A stretch of 32,000 nt of DNA from Xylella taiwanensis (GCF_013177435.1 NZ_CP053627.1:2610001-2642000); one strand, 5' to 3'. Numbered from the stretch's first letter, positions 8,364-16,910 are shown. Made by a program: numbers and translations. Notes: generated by a model from the letters alone, not told the origin.

Positions 8364-8364
8364 T

Positions 8365-8943
8365 ATGTCAAGGAAAATAGTCAAGCGTTGTATCTTGTTT
8401 CTCCTGGGCACGTTATTCCTGGGGGTTGTCGTCTTGTTGATTTACTGGTTTGGTCCTGATTTTAGGGGCAATGACCCAAGTGAACCACGCATTACATTAG
8501 CTTTTGACCCTAAAAAAGTGGGAGAAACGTATTCATTCGACGTGAATCTCCTCGAGCCAGTGACTTGCGATTTGAGTCTAAGATTTTACATTGTCGCTCT
8601 AAATAAATGGTCTTATCTTCTTGATAAATACCCAGGCCCTCAAGAAGAAGACCGTTTTTATAAAATCGTGGGGAACAAGGAACTGAATAATGATAATGAG
8701 CCAAGAATGCCTGTAAAGTTGCGGGTGCAAATTATACAACAGGCAGACAACAAAATACTTCTGGATGAAGTGGTGGCTTATCCCGAAAGTTCATCGGCAT
8801 ACATGGGAAGAAATGCCACTTTGTTCGACAAAACGCTCCAGGCTGGAAGATATACCATCCGCATCGACTATCTGGAAGGCGCGCCTGAACTCGCACCGTT
8901 CCCCGCTGAAATATGGTTTAGCCGAGCCTACACTGGAAAATAA
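8365..8943 (+). CDS. N-terminally membrane-anchored protein of unknown function
   Basis: 192-aa ORF whose ATG lies 1 nt after the preceding stop. One hydrophobic helix (CILFLLGTLFLGVVVLLIYWF) is followed by a beta-rich soluble part. No motif I can name. Confidence 0.7.
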   Translation: MSRKIVKRCILFLLGTLFLGVVVLLIYWFGPDFRGNDPSEPRITLAFDPKKVGETYSFDVNLLEPVTCDLSLRFYIVALNKWSYLLDKYPGPQEEDRFYKIVGNKELNNDNEPRMPVKLRVQIIQQADNKILLDEVVAYPESSSAYMGRNATLFDKTLQAGRYTIRIDYLEGAPELAPFPAEIWFSRAYTGK

Positions 8944-8952
8944 GGAGATTAC

Positions 8953-9027
8953 ATGTATACCGTAACGATTAATATTGCTGCCCCAGGAACAAGGCTTAAT
9001 AATGCTGGTGATGGCACCCTTGATTAG
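8953..9027 (+). other. 24-codon ORF with a strong Shine-Dalgarno; status unknown
   Basis: AAGGAG, 6 nt, ATG. MYTVTINIAAPGTRLNNAGDGTLD*. It occupies the same kind of slot as the stubs at 6146 and 7156 (after a cassette gene, before the next leader) but is not obviously homologous to them. Confidence 0.2.
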
Positions 9028-9037
9028 CACTATTGAT

Positions 9038-9099
9038 GTTGTTTCCACGTCCAAATATCTATGTATTTAATCTCACCAAGTTTTAAATGGAGTTCAAAA
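9038..9099 (+). repeat. Conserved leader, copy D (precedes paralog 4)
   Basis: gttgtttccacgtccaaatatctatgtatttaatctcaccaagttttaaatggagttcaaaa-ATG. Confidence 0.8.
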
Positions 9100-9564
9100 A
9101 TGAAAAGAGTCTGGACATTATTCACAATATCTTTGTTTTTCACGGCTCAAACCGTCTATGCGGTACCACCTGATGCACAGGCAAATCAATTGCATCACTC
9201 AGCCGTACCAAATGTGCCCTGTCCCGGAAAGGATTTTGTATCGTTTCTTGAAAAATTCTCCAATGACGAAAATATCCAGCGAGCTTTCACCACATATCCG
9301 CTGATACAAGATGAATATGATACTACTGCTGAGCCCGAACCAAAAGAATTCCGGCGAATTCTGCAGCGTGAACAGATTCAATTCCCCGTCATGCCACTGA
9401 GCCAAGAGCGCAGCAAGGTACCCTTAAACATTGAAGTCCTTAAACTCACCTCAAACAAAGCACACATTCGTTTATTCAAGGAAGACACTGATTATCAAAT
9501 TTCCTATTTCTTCAGAAAAAAGGGCTGTTGGAAACTTGTCAAAATTCACAATCAATCACTTTAG
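9100..9564 (+). CDS. Secreted short-form paralog 4, immediately upstream of the M23-RTX gene
   Basis: Track ORF 9061..9564, with the MKRV start at 9100. Signal MKRVWTLFTISLFFTAQTVYA|VPP. CPGKDFVSFLEKFSNDENIQRAFTTYPL...FFRKKGCWKLVKIHNQSL. Stop lies 20 nt before the ATG at 9585. Confidence 0.8.
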   Translation: MKRVWTLFTISLFFTAQTVYAVPPDAQANQLHHSAVPNVPCPGKDFVSFLEKFSNDENIQRAFTTYPLIQDEYDTTAEPEPKEFRRILQREQIQFPVMPLSQERSKVPLNIEVLKLTSNKAHIRLFKEDTDYQISYFFRKKGCWKLVKIHNQSL

Positions 9565-9584
9565 ATAAACTAAGGACACATTAA

Positions 9585-12500
9585 ATGAACTTTAATGACG
9601 TAATGAACAGGATGCTTCCACCACAAGACGGAACACCACCTCATGTGACCGGAAATTATCGAGAAACCAGACCCGGGAAACCACCGCATGGCGGCATTGA
9701 TTTTAATTATCAGGGGGGACAAACCGGTATTAATCTGACTCATCCAACAATCTACTCACCGATCAGCGGTACGGTGACATTCGTTGGCGGACAATTTGCA
9801 ACGATCAAAATTCGAGATGCAGATGGCAACAGTCATGAAATTCTCCATACACATTCTCAAGCGGTCACGGTGGGGCAACAGATCAATGCTGGGGACCCCA
9901 TAGGCACCATGGGGGGCCGTGGGCCAAACGGTATCAATGAATTCGCCCAGCACGTGCATTACCAAATGAAAGACCCACAAGGGCGCCGTATTAATCCACA
10001 AGATTGGTGGGACAACGGAGGTAGTGGTATTCGTGGTAGCGACAGCGCTGGCCACTCAAACCACGGGACAGGCGCGGCGGGCGGCCCCGGGGCGGGCGGC
10101 GCCAGTGTCAGCAAACGGAATACGTACCTGGCGCCCCGCGATCCGCTGGCGTTGGATTTGGACGGTGACGGCATCGAAACCACTAGTACGCAAGATGGCA
10201 CGCAGAATGGCCGCGTCATCCTGTTTGACCACGATGGTGATGGCGTCAAGACGGGCACTGGCTGGGTGAAGCCCGATGATGGCTGGCTGGTGCTGGACCG
10301 CGATGGCAACGGGACGATTGATTCCGGGCGCGAGCTCTTCGGTATCGACACGCTGAAACGCAACGGGCAACGAGCCACGGACGGTTTTGATGCGTTGCGC
10401 GATGAGGATAGCAACCAGGATGGCACGATCGACGCGGCCGACAGTGTGTTTGCGCATCTGCGGATTTGGCGTGATCTGAATCAAGACGGCGTCAGCCAGG
10501 CTAACGAACTCAGTACGCTGGCGGATAACAAGATCATTTCGATTGGGGTCAATGCGACAGCAGGGCGTATTGATCTAGGTCACGGCAATGTACAAACGGC
10601 GACGGGGACGTTTACCCGCTCTAACGGCACCACGGGTACCGCCAACCCCAGCAATGGCACCGCCGCCAATCTGGATGTGCTAGCCGATACGTTTTACCGG
10701 GATTTCACGCAACGGGTGGCGCTGACGGATCAAGCCAAGGCGCTTCCCTTTTTGCGCGGGTCTGGGCGGGTCCGCGACTTGGACGAGGCGATCAGTCTGT
10801 CTAGCGATCTGGGCAACTGGGTGCAGGCTTACAGTGAGCAAACCACGCGGCAAGCGCAGCTTGAGCGGTTGGATGGTTTGATGGAGCGATGGGTCAACAC
10901 CTCTGACATGAAGTCTCTGCAGGCGCAAGCCGATGCACTGAAACGCAATGGCGTTACGCTGACTTACGTGCTGTCTGGATTAGCGCCGGGAACAGCGGCC
11001 TATGAGGATTTTTTGCGCAAGCTGGGCATTGTGGAGCGCTTGATGGGCTTCACGTATGGCGGTCGTCAGGGGGAGGCGCGTTTTACGCCATTGGATGCGG
11101 CGTCCGGCAAGATGACGGTGACGTTGTCGGATGCGCAGGTGACTAACATTGCATTGGCGTATGAGCGCTTCAAAACAGATATTTATGAATCGCTGTTGCT
11201 GACAACCAGGCTGGCGCCCATCTACACCCTGGCGGAGATGAATTTTGTCAATGGCGCATGGGTCACGGACTGGAGTGGCGTAGAACAGGCGCTCAAACAG
11301 GGGATTCAACGCAATCCACGTGAGGGAATACTGGATGCCATTGAGTTTGTCAGTGCACTGGGATACAAGACCGCCGCAGAGATGGGCTGGGATGGGATCG
11401 GCTTCCTCACCGACCAACTCAATGCGACCCCGGAGTTGGGAGCGTTCATTAAGGAATCAAGCAGTTGGACGGTGATCTTTGCCGCCGCCAACGAACATTA
11501 CCTTCCTGGCACCTTGGGCTCGGATTTGCTGGTGGGCACATCAGGTGATGACAGCATCATAGGAGAGCAAGGCAACGACGTATTTATTGGTAAAGGCGGG
11601 AACGATACCTTCGACGGCGGCAGCGGGAACGACACCTACGAGTTCGCCATTGGTTCCGGCGTGGATCGCATCTACGAGCAAGACTCCACCGCAGGCAACA
11701 CGGATGTGGTGAGGTTTGCCGATGTTGCGTCCACCGCGCTCACCGCGCTGGAGCGCAAGGGGAATGATCTGGTGATCAAGTACGGCGCCAACGATCAATT
11801 AACCATAAACAACTACTTCATTGCTCCAGACTATAAGGTCGAGCAATTCAAATTCAGTGATGGGGTGACCTGGGATGACGTCGCGATCAAAATGCACGCC
11901 ATCACCAAGGGCGACGCCAGCAACAACTTCATCCTCGGCTACAACGACGGCAGCAACCGCATCTACGGCCTGGAGGGTGACGACATCATCTACGGTGGCG
12001 CACTGGCCGACACTTTGGACGGGGGGACCGGCAATGACACCCTCAACGGCGGTGCCGGTAACGATATCTATCAGTTCGCCATCGGTTCCGGCGTGGATCG
12101 CATCGAAGACTACGGAGGCAACACGGACGTGGTGAGGTTTGCCGATGTCGCCTCCACCGCGCTGACCGCGCTGGAACGTAAGGACAATGACCTGGTGATT
12201 AAGTACGGCGCCAGCGACCAACTGACAGTCAGCGGTTATTTCTACCCCGGGGACTCGGGCGCCAAGATCGAGCAGTTTAAATTCAGCGATGGCGTCACCT
12301 GGGATGAAACCGCGATCAAAGCGCGTGTCATCACCAAGGGCGACGCCAACAACAACACGATATTAGGCTACAACGACGGCAGCAACCGTATCTATGGCTG
12401 GGACGGCAACGACGCCATCTACGGTGGCGCACTGGCCGACACGCTGTACGGCGGCGCAGGCAACGACATGCTCAGCGGCAACAGCGGTGCGGACCTCCTG

Positions 12501-14066
12501 GATGGCGGGACCGGTAACGACGTGCTCAATGGCGGCAGCGGTAACGATATCTATCAGTTCGCCATCGGTGCCGGCGTGGATCGCATTGAAGACTGCGACA
12601 GCACCGCAAGCAACACGGACGTGGTGAGGTTTGCCGATGTCGCCTCTACCGCGCTGACTGCGCTGGAGCGCAAGGGGAATGACCTGGTGATCAGGTACGG
12701 CAGCAGCGACCAACTGACCGTAAGCGAGTATTTCAACCCCAACACTTCAAGCTATAAGGTCGAGCAGTTCGCGTTCAGCGATGGTGTGACCTGGGATGAC
12801 GCCGCGATCAAAGCGCGCGTCATCACCAACGGCGATGCCTACAACAATTACATCGTCGGTTACAACGACGGCAACAACCGTATCTATGGCCTGGATGGTA
12901 ACGACGAGATCTACGGCGGCACCCTCGCCGATACGCTGTACGGCGGCGATGGGTTTGACACGTTGATCGGCAATGGGGGGGATGACACCTTGCTTGGCGG
13001 TGCCGGCAATGACGTGCTCGGCGGCAACAGCGGTGCGGACCTGCTGGACGGCGGGACCGGTAATGACACGCTATACGGTGACGCAGGCAATGACATCTTG
13101 GATGGCGGCACCGGTAACGATGTGCTCGACGGCGGCAGCGGCAACGATACCTACAGGTTCGCCAGCGGTTCCGGGGTGGATCGCATCGAAGACTACGACA
13201 CCACCGCAGGCAACAGCGACGTGGTGAGGTTTGCCGATGTCGCCTCCACCGCGCTGACTGCGCTGGAGCGCAAGGGGAATGACCTGGTGATCAGGTACGG
13301 CAGCAGCGACCAACTGACTGTGAGCAATTATTTCAACCCCTACACCTCAGGCTACAAGGTCGAGCAGTTCATGTTCAGCGATGGTGTGACCTGGGATGAC
13401 GCCGCGATCAAAGCACGTGTTATCACCAAGGGCGATGTCAACAACAACTATATCGTCGGCTATAACGACGGCAACAACCGTATCTATGGCCTGGACGGCA
13501 ACGATGAGATCTACGGTGGTGCATTGGCCGATACGCTGTACGGCGGCAATGGTAATGATGTGCTCAGCGGTGGCAGTGGTGCGGACCTGCTGGACGGCGG
13601 GACCGGCAATGACACGCTACACGGTGACGCAGGTAATGACATCTTGGATGGCGGCACCGGCAATGATGTGCTCGACGGTGGCAGCGGCAACGATACCTAC
13701 AGGTTCGCCAGCGGTGCCGGGGTGGATCGCATCTACGATTACGACACTACTGCGGGCAATACCGATGTGGTTTGCATCGGCCCAGGGGTGACAACCGATC
13801 AGCTTTGGTTCCGGCATGTTGGTGCCGATCTGGAAGTCAGCATCATGGGTACGAGCGATCAGATCACGATCAGCAATTGGTACTCCGATGCTGCATATCA
13901 TGTCGAGCAGTTCAAGACATCCGATGGCAAGGTGTTGCTTGATGGTGAAGTCAATGCGCTGGTCTCAGCGATGGCGGCCTTTGCGCCGCCAGCACTTGGA
14001 CACATGTCGTTGTCTGTCGATGAACAGAAGGCGTTACATCCGGTGATTGCTGCGCACTGGAAGTAA
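9585..14066 (+). CDS. Large RTX (T1SS-substrate-type) calcium-binding protein with N-terminal M23/LytM peptidase domain; bacteriocin-like
   Basis: 1493-aa ORF with AAGGA 9 nt upstream. M23 ligand motifs appear in order: TGNYRETRPGKPPH35GGID39F, LHTHS, QH123VH125YQ. Then a Gly-rich linker, PLALDLDGDGIET..FDHDGDG..LDRDGNGTIDSGRELFG, and a helical region. Five modules of GGxGxD nonapeptides follow, alternating with HCBP-related segments (VVRFADVASTALTALERKGNDLVI.YG..DQLT..NYF...YKVEQF.FSDGVTWD). No N-terminal signal peptide. Confidence 0.95.
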   Translation: MNFNDVMNRMLPPQDGTPPHVTGNYRETRPGKPPHGGIDFNYQGGQTGINLTHPTIYSPISGTVTFVGGQFATIKIRDADGNSHEILHTHSQAVTVGQQINAGDPIGTMGGRGPNGINEFAQHVHYQMKDPQGRRINPQDWWDNGGSGIRGSDSAGHSNHGTGAAGGPGAGGASVSKRNTYLAPRDPLALDLDGDGIETTSTQDGTQNGRVILFDHDGDGVKTGTGWVKPDDGWLVLDRDGNGTIDSGRELFGIDTLKRNGQRATDGFDALRDEDSNQDGTIDAADSVFAHLRIWRDLNQDGVSQANELSTLADNKIISIGVNATAGRIDLGHGNVQTATGTFTRSNGTTGTANPSNGTAANLDVLADTFYRDFTQRVALTDQAKALPFLRGSGRVRDLDEAISLSSDLGNWVQAYSEQTTRQAQLERLDGLMERWVNTSDMKSLQAQADALKRNGVTLTYVLSGLAPGTAAYEDFLRKLGIVERLMGFTYGGRQGEARFTPLDAASGKMTVTLSDAQVTNIALAYERFKTDIYESLLLTTRLAPIYTLAEMNFVNGAWVTDWSGVEQALKQGIQRNPREGILDAIEFVSALGYKTAAEMGWDGIGFLTDQLNATPELGAFIKESSSWTVIFAAANEHYLPGTLGSDLLVGTSGDDSIIGEQGNDVFIGKGGNDTFDGGSGNDTYEFAIGSGVDRIYEQDSTAGNTDVVRFADVASTALTALERKGNDLVIKYGANDQLTINNYFIAPDYKVEQFKFSDGVTWDDVAIKMHAITKGDASNNFILGYNDGSNRIYGLEGDDIIYGGALADTLDGGTGNDTLNGGAGNDIYQFAIGSGVDRIEDYGGNTDVVRFADVASTALTALERKDNDLVIKYGASDQLTVSGYFYPGDSGAKIEQFKFSDGVTWDETAIKARVITKGDANNNTILGYNDGSNRIYGWDGNDAIYGGALADTLYGGAGNDMLSGNSGADLLDGGTGNDVLNGGSGNDIYQFAIGAGVDRIEDCDSTASNTDVVRFADVASTALTALERKGNDLVIRYGSSDQLTVSEYFNPNTSSYKVEQFAFSDGVTWDDAAIKARVITNGDAYNNYIVGYNDGNNRIYGLDGNDEIYGGTLADTLYGGDGFDTLIGNGGDDTLLGGAGNDVLGGNSGADLLDGGTGNDTLYGDAGNDILDGGTGNDVLDGGSGNDTYRFASGSGVDRIEDYDTTAGNSDVVRFADVASTALTALERKGNDLVIRYGSSDQLTVSNYFNPYTSGYKVEQFMFSDGVTWDDAAIKARVITKGDVNNNYIVGYNDGNNRIYGLDGNDEIYGGALADTLYGGNGNDVLSGGSGADLLDGGTGNDTLHGDAGNDILDGGTGNDVLDGGSGNDTYRFASGAGVDRIYDYDTTAGNTDVVCIGPGVTTDQLWFRHVGADLEVSIMGTSDQITISNWYSDAAYHVEQFKTSDGKVLLDGEVNALVSAMAAFAPPALGHMSLSVDEQKALHPVIAAHWK
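11706..13765 (+). repeat. Intragenic tandem coding repeats of the RTX gene (periods about 423, 492, 600, 545 nt)
   Basis: gtggtgaggtttgccgatgt recurs at 11706, 12129, 12621 and 13221, with a diverged fifth unit from 13766. Units 3 and 4 are over 90% identical at DNA level by eye. Length differences come from added or lost GGxGxD nonapeptides. Confidence 0.9.
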
Positions 14067-14086
14067 GCATCCTGGATTTAGTCGCT

Positions 14087-14121
14087 GCACCCCGCTCAGA
14101 AACGCTTTCTGGATGGGGTGC
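14087..14121 (+). terminator. Stem-loop 20 nt after the RTX stop (terminator-like, no T-tract)
   Basis: GCACCCC-gct-CAGAAA-cgc-TTTCTG-gat-GGGGTGC. It has 7-bp outer and 6-bp inner stems and is followed by gggagggttc rather than a U-run. Confidence 0.4.
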
Positions 14122-14329
14122 GGGAGGGTTCATATTGATGCAGGGAACAACAGGCACACCCCTCACAACGGCAGGATTGATCCGGATGTGATGGGTGTGG
14201 CGTCTTCATCCATGGCCAGAAGCGGACCGTTTCACAAGGAAGGTTGACGCTGGTCTGACCCGTTGAGTGGTGATGGGCTGTTTGCAACGATGTGTTGCAC
14301 GACGATGCAGCAGCATTGTTGATGACATG

Positions 14330-15460
14330 GGGCAAAGATGGTGCGAACGGAACGATGGCCGTATGAGGTGCGTTCTTCCTTGCCGGGCTGTCGTTAAGGC
14401 GTTTCCACCGGGTCAACGGCACGGGTGATCATATGGATGTTGCTGAGTTTTGCTGCGCTGGAATTGGTGTGGGCGGTGTTCGGTGATGTCAATGTCTTAG
14501 TCATTGTCCAGACCAGGTGATAGCAACGGCTACATCAAGCACATCCAGCCTTTTGAAATAGCCGCGGTCCAATGTGCGCTTATCAGCGGCAGGCACCTGA
14601 GAGGTGTTGTTTGGGCTCAACAAGGTCGCGCCTTACGCCGGAAAAGATTGTGATGCACATGAGCTGAGCTGCGGTTCGTCATGGTCTGCGATCAAGCGAT
14701 GCTTGTCGCTATCGGCACAGGGGGTGTACCCAAGGGGCACTGCCAGAGCAGGTGAGGGACATGCAGTGTGTGGAAGCGAGACGCGCAGGGTACTGGCAGG
14801 ATCAGGAATGTAATCACTTCTCTGAACCAAGACGCAGCCATGCTGAGGTGACGAGGCGAAACGCTGCATTGTGTTTCACGCTGGAGCTAGTGTGAACACT
14901 GCAACAGACCATGCCGATTGCTCAACAGCAAACCAAAGATTTCAAGCCTCTGGTCACTCGACACGTGATATCCGGGTATGGTGCTTTGAAGCGGGAACAC
15001 GCGTGCATCGGATCACCAGCGAACAATGATCCGAAGGAAAGAGAAGCCACATTTCATGAAGCGCAGCCCGGGAGCAACGCTAGGCACTCAGGACCAAGAC
15101 GTGCCAGGTAACGCTCGACCGCATCGGCAATGGCTCGCAACAGCAGGCAAGGCTGGAGCAGGAGGATGTGAAGGTCAATGCGCCAGGCAAGTGGATGCGC
15201 TTGGGTTCAATGGTCTATGGGACTGTGGCACAGATGGTCGTGTATACGATTGGCGGCGTGGCCATATCCATCAGCGTTGACGATGATTGCTCCAAGCGGC
15301 ACGCCGCTCAGTTGCAGTCATCATCCTCTCCACCCAGCAACCCCAATGTGGTGCAAAGCAGGCATGGTTTAGGTGTATTTCCACATAGAAACAGAATAGA
15401 AAAGGCGCCATCCCGATCCAAAGGCATCCAGATCATGGATGACCATAAGTTACGTTGAGA
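14330..15460 (+). pseudogene. Decayed HlyD-family T1SS membrane-fusion protein gene
   Basis: Fragments in shifting frames follow HlyD order. 14434: WMLLSFAALELVWAVFGDVNVLV (TM helix plus G.V...). 14516: GDSNGYIKHIQPFEIAAVQ (K.IQP.E...V). About 14930: FKPLVTRHVIS. 15216: YGTVAQMVVYTIGGVAIS (G.V..l.V.T.GGVv) then ISVDDD. 15355: AGMV*V.F.IETE (GM.v...I.TG). There are several stops and frameshifts and an apparent internal deletion. Confidence 0.5.
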
Positions 15461-16148
15461 TCGGGTTGGCCGTTGCCGCTATGGTGTTACGCGGCGAGCC
15501 GAGCATCGATACAGCGATGTTCTAAAAGTCACGGGCTAAGCCTTCGGGAAGCAACGCTCCACTGCTGACGCAGCTGCAGAACGTCCAAGAAGAATAACCG
15601 CTATCACTCATTGTCACTCTGAGACGGCGTCATGGGTATCACCAAGAAAAGCATATTGTCCTCGGTACGACGCGCCAGGCTTGCGCATTAAGGAAACGTA
15701 TGACACAACGCAAAGCTGCAAGCAGTGACGCGCTTGCCGAGTGTCTGCGGGCTGCGATGAACCACCATCAGCCCTGCAGCTTGGAGGCATATGCTGTACT
15801 TGCGGAAGGTCAAAGATCACTCGCACGTGTCCTGCATCATCATGGGGTCGCGTCCTCACGAGCACATGGATCGTCAAACATTACAAGCCCATGCACATCA
15901 TATGGAAAACGTCAGCGACACATGCAAACGGCGCGGTATGGGTTCTGTATAACGGCTGCTGATCGCTGCGCCGCTCTATTTACACGGGCAAAAGATATTG
16001 GGAAATGACTCTGAAAGACGCTAAGGGAATATCAGATAGCTTTGACGCAGTCTTCAATCAATGCTGCTTGGGTTTCCGCGAGTCAGTATCCCTAATCGAC
16101 GGTTGGGGGCCAAGCACGCAGTGTACCGACCCCCACCACCACAGGACC

Positions 16149-16910
16149 TCAGTTGCGGGACTGAAGGTTGGACAGCAAACGCAAGCATTCAAGGTACAAC
16201 CACACCAACGTGACCATCAGGCCGAATGCACCATACCACTCCATGTACTTTGGTGCTCCGCGCTCGACACCGCTCTCAATGAAGTCAAAATCCAACACTA
16301 AGTTCAATGCGGCGATCACAACCACAAACAGGCTGAACACGATACCGAAAGTACTCGCTTCATGGAGCATTGGTATGCGTATCCCAAAGAAGCTTAATCC
16401 GAATGAGATCAGATAGAGTAAAGCGATACCACCTGTGGCAGCCGCGACGCCGAGCTTGAAATTCTCTGTAACCTTGATGAAACCACTACGATACGCCAGC
16501 AACATTGCTAGTAATACACTGAAGGTGAGTAGCACCGCTTGGAATACGATTCCACCAAGACGCGCTTCGTACACTGCTGAGATTGCACCGAGGAAAAATC
16601 CCTCTACAAGTGCGTACAGCGGTGCGGTGATGGGTGACCACTCTTTTTTGAAAACAGTGATCAGCGCTAGCACCAAACCACCGATCGCTCCAGCAATCAT
16701 ATAGCCACGCGCCGCTAGCACTGGTATGCCATCGACCCCAAGCGACTGATTCCAAGCAAAGACGGAAGTGACCAGCGCTAACAGCAGCAGTGCTCCAGTC
16801 TTGTTGACGGTGCCGTTTAAAGTCATCGCGTTACCGTCGCGGACGACAACCGAGCCAGTACCCAGATCAAGGAAGGTGGACTCCTTAAGAGCAGGATTTC
16901 CGCTACGCAT
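16149..16910 (-). CDS. Bax inhibitor-1/YccA family integral membrane protein
   Basis: 253-aa ORF with N-terminus MRSGNPALKESTF and about 7 hydrophobic helices. Matches my memory of BaxI_1-type (PF12811-like) proteins. Confidence 0.8.
   Translation of the reverse strand: MRSGNPALKESTFLDLGTGSVVVRDGNAMTLNGTVNKTGALLLLALVTSVFAWNQSLGVDGIPVLAARGYMIAGAIGGLVLALITVFKKEWSPITAPLYALVEGFFLGAISAVYEARLGGIVFQAVLLTFSVLLAMLLAYRSGFIKVTENFKLGVAAATGGIALLYLISFGLSFFGIRIPMLHEASTFGIVFSLFVVVIAALNLVLDFDFIESGVERGAPKYMEWYGAFGLMVTLVWLYLECLRLLSNLQSRN

Noticed and set aside
5208-9099. Longer N-terminal extensions suggested by the ORF track for the four paralogs (starts at 5208, 6232, 7305, 9061)
   Set aside because: All four proteins align from MKRV onward, and a GGAG-type SD precedes that ATG. 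The extensions are just translated leader sequence (..FKWxxx).
11500-13800. Whether the regular repeats could be a CRISPR array or other non-coding tandem repeat
   Set aside because: The periods are 423-600 nt, the units are in frame within one long ORF, and they encode GGxGxD/HCBP modules. There is no short repeat-spacer structure.
9756-14046. Antisense and alternative-frame ORFs inside the RTX gene (for example 9959..10426, 11799..12221, 13396..13791)
   Set aside because: They are low-complexity translations of the repeat DNA. The 1493-aa frame is continuous and motif-rich.
14096-16008. Short ORFs in the 2-kb gap after the RTX gene (14096..14422, 14604..14869, 14911..15458, 15614..15877, 15700..16008) as real genes
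   Set aside because: The plus-strand pieces up to about 15460 are better explained as fragments of one decayed HlyD gene. The rest have no recognisable features. I could not assign 15461-16148 to anything.
16005-16755. ORFs 16005..16301, 16168..16416, 16435..16704 and 16486..16755 overlapping the BI-1 gene
   Set aside because: They are shadow frames of a clear 7-TM membrane protein ORF on the minus strand.
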